A DNA stretch of 64,000 nucleotides. It comes from Octopus sinensis (lineage: Eukaryota). Below the pieces are notes generated by a model. That model was not told the DNA's origin. It searched no databases and saw only the letters and a program-made list of their open reading frames with translations. The position numbers and the translations under genes were made by a program. Location of the stretch: NCBI RefSeq assembly GCF_006345805.1, contig NC_042998.1:85498001-85562000 (forward strand). Direction: 5' to 3'. This document shows positions 53,550 through 64,000 of this stretch, in pieces (the stretch's first letter is position 1; each line of letters opens with the position of its first letter).

Positions 53550-55099
53550 TTAAATAATGTTAATGATGGAATAAAGAAAGTCACAAAAACTCTTCAGTGA
53601 AACAACAACATTGTTATCATCTGATTTATAATATAAAGGACAAAAGTCAGTGAAAATTCATTTAATTCTATATAGTTGGATTTTATACCTCCATCTTGAA
53701 ATGATTACTTATTAGCAATTCTTTGACTTTGCTAAGACATAAAATACCATCAATGACAATACTATAAAAACTATTTCACATCTTAAGGAAATCTTGATCT
53801 TTGAGAAAAACACTACATGGGTTATAAAACAAAATAAAGTTTACCATTTCATTCAGTTTTGACCTTTACATCTTGGATGCACTTAATGAATTCATGATGA
53901 TAGAGGGTTGTGTAGAGATGATGGGTTAGCTCTATCATACCATGTTGACAACCACTCACCAAATATATCAAGAAAAGATTTCAACAGTTTTGAACTTAAA
54001 ATAACAACATTCATAAATACGTGACCTCGTTAATTTCTCATACACTAAATTCAGCTTAAACATAGAAACAGAAGCTATTTAGGAAATGTACTTTCATACA
54101 TACATAGGTACATACACGTGCATGCAGGCATGCATGCACACATTCATTATATTGGTCAAGTTAAATCCTGCTACACTGATTTTTGCCTGTGTGTGCACAG
54201 GGTCTTCCGGCAAGTTATGACACAAGACTAACTCAACCAAAATATAAAATACATTGTTAATCCCTTTTTTCGCAAAAGACTACACGAGATAAATGTGTGT
54301 ATATTCTTTTGTTCTTTTCAGTCATTTGACTTCAGCCATGCTGGAGCACTGTGTTTAGTCAAGTAAGTCAACCCCAGGACTTATTCTTTGTAAGCCGAGT
54401 ACTTATTCTATTGGTCTCTTTTGCCGAACCGCTCAGATACAGAGATGTAAGCACACCAACATCGATTGTCAAACAATGGTAGGGGGACAAACACAGACAT
54501 GCAAACACACACATACACATATACTATATACAACAGGTTTCTTTCAGTTTCTGTCTACCAAATCCACTCACAACGCTTTGGTTGGCCTGAGGCTATAGAA
54601 GACACTTACTCAAGGTGCCATGCAATGTTAGTGAACCCGGAACCATGTGGTTGGTAAACAAGCTACTTACCACACAGCCACACCTGTGCTTATATATATA
54701 GTTAGATAGGCAGGCATTAGTTGTGTGGTAAGAAGCTTGTTTCCCAACCACATCATTCTGGATTCAGTCCCACTGCATGGCACCCTGAGCAAGTGTTTTC
54801 TACCATATAGCCCCAGGCCAACTAAAGCCTTGTGAGTAGATCTGGTTGATGGGAACTGAAAGAAACCCATTGTGTGTGTGTGTATGTGCCTTTGCCTGTG
54901 TTTGTTCCCACCACCACCACTGCTTGACAACCAGTGCTGGTGTGTTTATTTCCCAGTAACTTACCAAGATTAATCAGCTGAAATTGCGAGGATGATCCGG
55001 TTCTTAACTGAGGATAGAAAGCTTCGAATGACCCGTCCTTGTTTTTTTGTATCGTTTTTGCGTTCTTGTCCCATTTTGTATTTCATATATATATATATA

Positions 55100-55443
55100 T
55101 GCTGAGACCCCCTTCAGTCATGACTGACCATGGGATTGCACCTAGAAAGTTACCCTCCCAGGCACAAGTGCGGGCAATGATGTTTTTTTTATGGAAGACC
55201 AGCAGTCACCCATACACACCAGCCTTGCCTCTCCACACCACCAGTGTTATCCAAGGGAAAAACAAAGGCTGATATGACTTGGCACATGTAATGTCACAAC
55301 TCATTTCTACAGCTGAGTGAACTGGAGCAACGTGGAATAAAGTGTCTAGCTCAAGAACACAATATGCAGCCTGGTCCGGGATTCAAACTCACAACCTCAT
55401 AATCATAAGCTCAACACTCTAACCACTGAGCCATGCACCTTCA
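55100..55443 (-). mobile_element. tRNA-derived SINE (family D)
   Basis: Minus-strand head 'gtgcatggctcagtggttagagtgttgagctt...gtgagtttgaatcccggacc' has A/B-box-like motifs. Related heads at ~1125-1350(+), 33055-33230(+) and 47330-47460(-). Confidence 0.7.
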
Positions 55444-55504
55444 CACACACACACACACACACACACGCACATAGCAGAGGAAGGTTAACAAGGAAAAATA
55501 TAGT

Positions 55505-55908
55505 CTTTGTGTGTGGCAGAAGTATAGGTTCAATAAACACTACAAATTTACAGAAAATAGACCCCATCAAATGCCAGTGGGGATACCAAGAAGTAGTTGA
55601 TAGCTTCTGTTATCTAGGTGACCAAGTCAGCTGTGGAAGTGGATGCCCTAAGAGTGTAGTTGCTAGAATAAGGATAGGCTGGGCAAAGTTCAGAGAGCTT
55701 CTACCTCTGCTGGTAACAAAGAGCCTCTCTCAGAGTGAAAGGCAGATTGTATGATGCCTGTGTGAGAACAGTTATGCTCCACAGCAGGGAAACATAGGCT
55801 GTGACCATAGAGGGCTTGTGAAGGCTTGAAAGAAATACGAGCATGGAAAGTGGAATCTAAATGATGATAATGATGATGCTGACATATAAATATGTACATA
55901 TATATATG

Positions 55909-55939
<31 letters not shown>

Positions 55940-56280
55940 CAAATGGAAATTGTAGTTGTGATAGTCATGCTGGTCGCACTTAAAAAGCACCATCCAAACA
56001 TGGCCAATGCTAGCCCGCCTTGACTGGCTTCCGTGCCGGTAGCACGTAAAACGCACCAACCGATCATGGCCATTGCCAGCCTCATCTGGCCCCTGTACCA
56101 GTGGCATGTAAAAAGCACCCACTACACTCATGGAGTGGTTGGCGTTAGGAATGGCATCCAGCTGTAGAAACACTGCCAGAACAGACTCGAACCTGGTGCA
56201 GCCTCCTGGCTTCCCAGACCCCAGTCGAGCTTTCCAACCCATACTAGCATGGAAAACAAACGTTAAATGATGATGATGAT
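55505..56280 (+). mobile_element. Old RTE C-terminal fragment (55505-55835) and RTE tail copy (55935-56280)
   Basis: VCGR...EVVDSFCYLGDQVSCGSG...ARIRIGWAKFRELLPLL; the tail ends ttaaa(tga)n. Confidence 0.8.
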
Positions 56281-56297
56281 AATATATATGCATACAT

Positions 56298-56449
56298 ATG
56301 GAGTTAAATGCAGGTGTTATTCAAATCTTTATACTTCCGACATGTTTTGAAGAAAACATTGGTATTATTCCTGAAAAGAATACCAATGTTTTCTTTGAAA
56401 CATGTGTCGGAAGTATAAAGATTTGAATAACACCTGTGTTTAACTCCAT
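56298..56449. repeat. Fold-back element: ~70-bp arms, 12-nt loop
   Basis: atggagttaaa..caggtgttattcaaatctttatacttccgaca... versus ...tgtcggaagtataaagatttgaataacacctg..tttaactccat. Confidence 0.9.
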
Positions 56450-56610
56450 TTCTTAATTAATCTATGTCATCACAAACATTTCACTTAACCCTGAAACTTC
56501 TACCTTTATAAGTAGGCTGTAACATCCTTGGCACTTATGTGAATTTTTGCTAACCTGGTAACAATTTTTTTCATGTTATTTGTACATATTAAAAACATAC
56601 ACATACATTT

Positions 56611-57098
56611 ATTAATAATAATATACATATGTATATAATTATATTAAGGGAGCAAGAGTGAAAACAACCTATCCCCAGCATGCTTCAAGTGCCGATAACT
56701 TAAAAAAATTACCAAAAACTCCAGATAAACATATACATGGCTGAAAGCAGGCTAGTGAAAAGATATTATCTTGGATTTATATGTGCAAATACTTGTGTGT
56801 AGATGTGTGAACCTGCTTTGTGCAGTATGTGTAAATATTTGTATTTATATTCCCCCGTGTATTGTGTTGACGAAGGAAGAAAGCTTATTTTTGGCTTTAA
56901 TTCAGAATTCGAAATCAATTCACAATTAACGTGAGATCCCTTTTAATATTCTTTCACTAGCCCACTTTCAGCCATGTGTATATTTACCTGGAGTTTTGGG
57001 GGTTTTTTAAGGTATTGGCACTTCAAGCATGCTGGAGATTGGTGTTTTCGCCTTTGCTCCCTTAATATAATTATATACATGTGTATATTATTATTAAT
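56611..57098. repeat. Fold-back element: ~155-bp arms; the spacer contains a decayed hammerhead-like motif (56861-56926)
   Basis: Arms ~56611-56768 and ~56945-57098 are reverse complements (attaagggagcaa..cagcatgctt.aagtgcc..ggctgaaag..gctagtgaaa). Confidence 0.85.
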
Positions 57099-57216
57099 TT
57101 AATGTATAAATTGCCTATAAACTTTTATAGCATAATGACTACTTGATAAAAATCACTGTGATTTTTATCCTTATATTCTATTATGAATTAATAAATATAT
57201 ATACAATACAACAAAA

Positions 57217-57568
57217 TTTCACATCCACAAAGCCAAAGTCTTGTGGACAGCACATCAGACTCTATATAAAAAGACAAAAATTTTTTTTATTTCTGCATCA
57301 TGGATGTGAAGAATCACTCAGACAATGAGAAATACGTCTTAACAAAAAAGCGTAATGTGGACAGGTTAATTACCCTAAACCATAGGAAAACTAGCAAACG
57401 GGGAGATCCAATTTTTCAGTAAGTAGCACTTGAAGTAGACACATTTAGACATATTTCTCGTTTTCTGAGCGTTTCCTCACATCCGCAACGTAGAAATTTT
57501 AAAAATTTTGTCTTTTTATATAGAGTCTGATGAGCTGTCCACAAGGCTTTGGCTTTGTGAATGCGAAA
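57217..57568. repeat. Fold-back element: ~123-bp arms (57217-57339, 57447-57568)
   Basis: cacaaagccaaag.cttgtggacagc.catcagactctatataaaaagacaaaa and its reverse complement. Confidence 0.9.
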
Positions 57569-57586
57569 CCTTGGATAACTCTATGT
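57518..57586 (+). ncRNA. Candidate type I hammerhead ribozyme
   Basis: Stem I atatagagt/actctatgt (9 bp, one GU); core CTGATGA at 57527-57533; long stem II closed by G-C with a UUUG loop; GAAA at 57565-57568; short stem III; AUA triplet with predicted cleavage after 57577. Confidence 0.6.
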
Positions 57587-57666
57587 CCAAGATATAAAAT
57601 TTTGTAATAATTACTGCTCTATTCTTTAGAGTGTGCTTCTTTCTGATATGTTTTCTTATTAACTAC

Positions 57667-57737
<71 letters not shown>

Positions 57738-58159
57738 ACACACACACATATATATATATATATGTATCTATCTATCTATCTATATATATATAATCAAAAT
57801 ACGGAACAGGATATCAAGAAGTGATGCTGTACGACCATTTCAAGTGGCTCCATTTAATTGAACAATGCAGTCATTACATCAATTTAAATGCAGGGCTATT
57901 ATCAGCTACACACATAAATAAATAAAATTTTAGTCAGTTGGACACATTAATACAATTTTACTCAAATACTCTAACAAAGCAAGAAGATGGAAGAAATCCA
58001 TGTTGTTGCTATTGTAGTTAAGAATATTCTAAACTTCCAAGAAATGCATGAAGCTTACTGGGGTGATAACTTGTAAAAGATTGTGGTTTATTTTTAATTT
58101 ATTAGTCTTTTTATCAACTACTAAATCTAAGACTAGAGGACTGTGTCTGTTTATCTTCA

Positions 58160-58470
58160 TCATCATCATTTAACATCCGTTTTCCATGCTGGCATGGGTT
58201 GGATGGTTTGACTGGGGACTGGCAAGCCAAGAGGCTGCACCAGGCTCCAATCTGATCTGGTAGTGTTTCTACAGCTGAATGCCCTTCCTAATGCCAACCA
58301 CTCCAAGAGCATAGTGAGTGCTTTTAATGTACCACCTGCACGGGAGTCAGTCAGGCGGCACTGGCATCGGCCACATTCGGATGGTGCTTTTTACATGCTA
58401 ATGGCACAGGAGCCAGTCAGGGCAGGGAGGCTGACATCGACCATGTTCGGATGGTGCTTTTTACGTGCTG
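58160..58470 (-). mobile_element. RTE tail copy (another at 61288-61500, -)
   Basis: (cat)n followed by ttaacatccgttttccatgctggcatgggttgg. Confidence 0.75.
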
Positions 58471-58495
58471 GCAACAACCCATGCATGGTGCTTAT

Positions 58496-58794
58496 AAATC
58501 GAACACACATACACAAGGTGTGTTTGTTGTTAGTTCTTGGGCTGGCTGTATTTTAAGCATAAGAAAATATATTCTCAATGCTCCTGGTGTTAAAAACACC
58601 TGAAAGTAACTGAGGTGACTCACATCAGGTCGTTGTTGGAGTGACAGACATCGCTGTTTTGTTATTGTGACTTTTCAATGTCATGTACCAAACAAGGCAT
58701 GCTGCAAGCCTTATCACCGACTATGACAATATGTTAAATGGTTTAGGCCTAAAATGCAGCTGACCCATACACCTTGTGTATGTGTGTTCAGTTT
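58496..58794. mobile_element. MITE-like fold-back
   Basis: Perfect 21-bp inverted ends gaacacacatacacaaggtgt / acaccttgtgtatgtgtgttc, with weaker inverted similarity further in. Confidence 0.55.
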
Positions 58795-59001
58795 TGTTCA
58801 TATATTTTGAGTTGCCTCTAATACATATTTGAATTTTTCCCTTGGCATGAAATGTTGAGACATGCCATCAGATGGTTTCTAAACCATTTAGCATATAGTC
58901 ATAGTCAGTGATATGGCTCACAGTGGGCCTTGTTCAGTGTGTGTGTGTGTATAGAAATATGTATACATGTGTGTCTATATACATTTATGTATATGTGTAC
59001 C

Positions 59002-59050
<49 letters not shown>

Positions 59051-59214
59051 TTGTGTTTACATATTTTTGTATGTATATGTGTGTGTGTGTGTCTCTCTCT
59101 CATATGTATATATATATATATTGCTTGAGTTTTAAAGCTGTGGTCATGCTGGGGCACCAACGTTGGCTATGCTACACCATTATTTGAAACCTTCTCTGAT
59201 ATGTAGCATTTGGT

Positions 59215-59410
59215 GAATGAGAGAGAGTTTTATACTGTTGCTCTCATCTGTGTTTGTTGCCATGAGCTTGTCTCATCTGGAACCCTTGACAGGAGGAGAT
59301 CCAGTTTTGTTTTGAAGATATCTATATCCATACCATGCAAGTCTCTCAGGCATTTTGGAAGGATATTGAAGAGCTGTTGAAGTATCATGTCCAGTATTTT
59401 GGTGGGGATA
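59215..59410 (-). mobile_element. CR1-group LINE ORF2 C-terminal relic
   Basis: LFNILPKCLRDLHGMDIDIFKTKLDLLLSRVPDE. Confidence 0.65.
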
Positions 59411-59586
59411 CTGGGATCTTTTGTATTATGTGTGTGTTTGTGCATGCGCGCATACATATGTCCTGTTTCCCATTTGTATCTCTCATTGTTTGCATATTCA
59501 ACTCATTTGTTTACGTATTTCATGTTGTTTACTGTTTGTGACGTCCTGTACCCACATATGCATGTATGTGTGTGTGTGTATATATA

Positions 59587-61242
59587 CGAGCAGTATCGCC
59601 TGGCGTTGCTCGGGTTTGTTTCGACCCGCTGGAATTGTAATTTTGAAAAGTAAAAATTTTGTGAACATTTTTCTGGTCGAAATACACCGAAAAGTGGCAA
59701 CACAGCAGTGAAAAAATCGTAAAAAATAGGGATTTTCATAGAAAAAAGCATCTTTTTGATGTAAATAATTTTTGGTGTTAACATGGTCCGATTTGAATTT
59801 TATGTTCTACGGAAGGAAGAGCAACCCTTCTTCTACCATACTCTCAATTTTGGTCAACTTGCGCCGCAGGGTCTCGGAGGAGATAGTGTTAGTTGAAGGT
59901 TACCATTCTAGGTGCCTGAGTAACAACCTCGCGGATTTACAGATAAATGAATTAATTACTATTTTACAGAATAAAATTAAATAATTCTTGAAAATTAATT
60001 AATATTAATATTTTTTGAACAAAGTAAATAATTTTTAAAACTTAAATAATAATTTTTTTACACAAACGCGAACGGGGAAAAGTGGGTGGCGAATTCGATT
60101 TACATACCTAAATTTTTTCTTTTTCATGACATTGTAGCAAAATAGTAGTGAATTATATAAATACCAGCAGTACATTTTTTTTTCTGGGGTATTTTTTTTC
60201 AACCTCGTCACATATTTGCCCCTTTCAATTTAAACAAAGTCTTAATTAAGCAATTACAGCAGCTTAGCAATGGTTTCAATACAGGCGTGACATCTGTATC
60301 TCAATTGTTCAAAACCCTTCGAATTTTTTCGCACGTGATGATATCATAGTGAAAACTTTCAATTACGCGCGCTTAGAAGTACACTCGCAAATTAATACTA
60401 CCAAAATTTTGAAGTTCGCGCTCCGCTTGTGTGTGTGTGTGTGTGCGTGCTTTAGGTGTACGTAGGTATGTGTTTTTGTGTGTGTGTGTCACTGAAGCCA
60501 TACATACATATATACATACATAACCTCTCTCTCTCTTTTCTCTCTCAGTCACTCACTACAAAAAGTGAATAAAAAAAGTTCAGTTATTTCTGTCTTTCAC
60601 TCTGTCTGTCTCTTTACACACACTAACAAAAGCACTTCGCTTACACACCACACTTTCTGTGTCGCACAACCCATCAAACACACACACACACACACTCACG
60701 CACACACACATGTACATCAATGCTTTCGGAGTGAAATGTTAATATATTGAGTTTTCTCGAATTTTGTCTTAATTGGGGGTGAAATTGAAAGAAATATATT
60801 ATGGCATGACCGAATGGAGTACTTTGAAAAATCTTAGGTAAACTCTAATTGAAGAAATTGTGTGAGGAGTAAATCGTTATGTATTTATTTGTTTCTGTTT
60901 GCTGTGTTTTTTTTATTTTTTGAGTAGTGGTTTAAATACTTTCAGTTTAGTCTTCCTCAAATCACTCTGTCGCTATTTACTTTCATTTTATTCGTTGCAC
61001 ACTGTGTGTGTGCGTGTGCGTGTGGTGTAAACCACATTAAGAAAAGCATTTGACATACACACCAGAATGTGAGTTTTCTGTAAATTTTGCTTAATTGGAG
61101 TTTAAATTTTAAAAACTGGACCTGGCATGACCCGATGCATTCTACTCTTAAAAATGCTAGGTAAATTGTAATTGAAGAAATCCTATATTGTAGATTTCTA
61201 TAAGTTACAAAGGGAGGCAGATAAAATCTGCCTTTTATAATA

Positions 61243-61245
<3 letters not shown>
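59587..61245 (-). mobile_element. Non-autonomous Helitron related to 51160-52685
   Basis: Minus-strand 5' TCttattataaaaggcagattttatctgcctccctttg; 3' acaaacccgagcaacgccaggcgatactgCTCG|t (CTAG mutated). Confidence 0.75.
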
Positions 61246-61288
<43 letters not shown>

Positions 61289-61684
61289 TCATCATTTAAC
61301 GTCCGTTTTCCATGCTGGCATGGGTTGGACAGTTTGTCTGGGGACTGGCAAATCAAGGAGGCTACACCAGGCTGCAGTCTGATCTGGCAGTGTTTCTACA
61401 GCTGCATGCCCTTCCCAACGCCAACCACTCCATGAGTGTAGTGGGTGCTTTTTACGTACCACTGGCATGGGAGCCAGTCAGGCGGCACTGGCATCGGCCA
61501 TGCATATATATATTGTTTATATTATTATATGTTCACATATATTTATATATATATGTATATGTGTGTGTATATATGTGTTTAGACACGTGTGTGTGTGTAT
61601 TTATATATATATATGTATACATGGGTGTATATGTGTGAGTGTGTATGTATGTATTTATATGCATGTATGTAGCATATAAATGTA

Positions 61685-61745
<61 letters not shown>

Positions 61746-62891
61746 TGTTTATATCTCTCCTTTTTCAATCACCTCTATCAGACGTGTCTTTGTGTGCAGT
61801 TCTTGAAAACATTACTGGCTGAATAAGCAAGTAAACTAAATGTTATATACATAATTATTGTGCTCTGTTCTGTTTAGAAATGTAGTTTTGAATATGTTAA
61901 ACAATGCTTCAGGCCCCTGAAATTTTCACCAGACACAGCAGTGTTATGATAAAGTTTTGGTCTGTTTGGTGGTGGACAGCAGTGGTGGTTGAGAAGAAAT
62001 AAAACCCATACATCTCTCTCTATTTTCCTATTGTTGTTTGTAAGTTTTTTCTCTCCTATTCTTTTTCACTCCCCCCTCTATCTCTATCTCTCTTTCTTTC
62101 TCTATCTCCCTGTAGCTCTCACTCTTTCTATCTCTCTTTCCCACTCTATCTTTCTCTGTACATTGAGATTAATTTTTCTGTAGAAAATATCCATAAGAGA
62201 CACACAAAGAGAAAGACAGAAATTGACACAGTGAGATAGACAGAGAAACACACAGACACAGACAGACAGTGGCTCAAAAGAAACTTCTCTCTTTTAATAA
62301 TAATAATAATAATTGTGTACAGTGCTTCCTCCTTTGCTTATTATTATCTCTCAACAATGAATATTATCAGCCTAGCAATGATACTTCAATCAGTCTGCCC
62401 TTAAATTTTAGATGTCGCTTTTTAGCCAAGTTGTCTGCACATTTCTAGCTTCAATTATGCAAACGGAACTTTGAGTCTTGACCATTTCCCCCAGTAAATT
62501 TTATGAAAGCTTGTTGTTATGTTTACCCCTGCCTCAACTTTGATTGTGCCAACCTATGATCAAAGGCATCATTTTTTTATTTATAAATTTGCTTTCCTTC
62601 TCTCCCTATGTACTAGGAACCCAGGAGTACATTACCCAATGAGCCTTTTCTATAATTCATAAACATTTTTCTTCAATGATGACGGTATGATTTGAAGGAG
62701 ATTGGGTTGCTATTTCTAGCAGGACTAACAATCACATAGAGGCACCCTCACTGACTCAGTGGCGAAATTGACTGAGCTAAATAGGTAAATGCCCTCCACC
62801 CCATAATAAATTGTGCAGCTGTAAGCTTGTGGTATGAAGTAGGAGAAGGCATTTACCTCTGGGATGTTCGAGTAACTGCAGGTTGTGTGAG

Positions 62892-62943
<52 letters not shown>

Positions 62944-64000
62944 TAATCCAAACATGAAAACACAAAGGGAAAACACAACACAAGGATGTGAAATAAACAC
63001 ACATAATATATACATATCTTTTCATCCATTAATACATACATACATACATATCTTTTGTTTAGTCATGGACTGTGGCCATGCTGGCGCACCACCTTCAGGG
63101 CTTTTAGTGGAATAAATTGAACCCAGTACTTATTCATTTTTTAAAACCTAGCCCTTATTCCATTAGCTTCTTTTGCTGAACCACTAAGTTACAGGGGTGT
63201 AAACAAACCAACCCTTGTTGTTAAGCAGTGTCTAGGGACAAATACAAACACAGACAGTTATATATACATACACATATACATGATGGGCTTCTCTCAGTTT
63301 TTCTCTACCGGATCTACTCACAAGGCTTTGGTTGGCCCAAAACTATAGCAGAAGATGCTTGCCCAGAGTGCGACATTTATGCCCCCATATTTTAGGGGCC
63401 TCCTTCTTGTTCTATTTTGCTGTTCTATTCTGTTGATATTTATTTTTATCATTTTTATTGATTTCAACCCTTCTTACTCCATATCAATCTTCCACGCTGC
63501 CATCACCATCACCACCACCACCACTACCCCATCAACATCATACTGTCTCTTGTTTATTGGTTTCTCTTATATTTCTTGCTTGTCTCTAATATCTTAGGTC
63601 CTTGTGGCTGCCAATTATTGTTGATGTTGTTGTTGTTTAATGAGGCAAATCCAAGGTGTGGTTATTTCTACTTGAAAACTATTATCATCATCATTGATGG
63701 GGGTGCGTGATGATGGGAATGATAGTGGTGATGGTGGTATAAATGGGATTGATGCTGATGCAGTTACAGTGGTGGTGGTGGTGTCAGTAGTAGCAATGGT
63801 GATGTAGGTGGGAACGATGCTTATGTAGGCGGTGGTGATGGTGATGGTGATGGTAGTAGTAGTAGTAATGGCACCATAGTAGTAGGTGTATTCACCCATG
63901 ATTGCTTGCTGTGTGTGTGTATGTATTTAGTTCTGGCAATCTCGGCTGTTATCAGCCGCCTCTCTAGTTCTTTAGTTTTACTATGGTTGGTCGTCTGACT

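Noticed and set aside
61749-61835. Acceptor-like ...tatcag and donor-like gtaaac around a 49-nt segment
   Set aside because: Stops in all three frames and a weak donor.

Overview
64 kb of AT-rich, repeat-saturated animal DNA with one 100-N gap (14591-14690). The mix of RTE LINEs ending in (GAT)n, tRNA-derived SINEs and dense (TA)n/(CA)n/(CT)n/(CAT)n microsatellites suggests an octopus/coleoid cephalopod genome; this is an inference from repeat style, not a database match. I found no host protein-coding gene; the best candidate is one 21-nt microexon. Nearly all ORFs in the track are microsatellite or TE artefacts. The recognisable coding remnants are two long disrupted RTE LINEs (26772-30293, 48155-50880) with a C4HC3 PHD finger inside ORF2, older RTE and CR1-like fragments, and decayed mariner/Tc1/maT transposases. 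There are also hAT, piggyBac and mariner MITEs and two non-autonomous Helitrons. The most interesting signal is structural RNA. A hammerhead ribozyme with an intact CUGAUGA/GAAA core lies at 57518-57586, within a cluster of three fold-back elements (56.3-57.6 kb), and about eight degenerate hammerhead-like motifs are scattered through the window, probably Penelope-like/retrozyme relics. All alignments and folds were done by eye; TE boundaries are approximate unless TIRs or TSDs are quoted.
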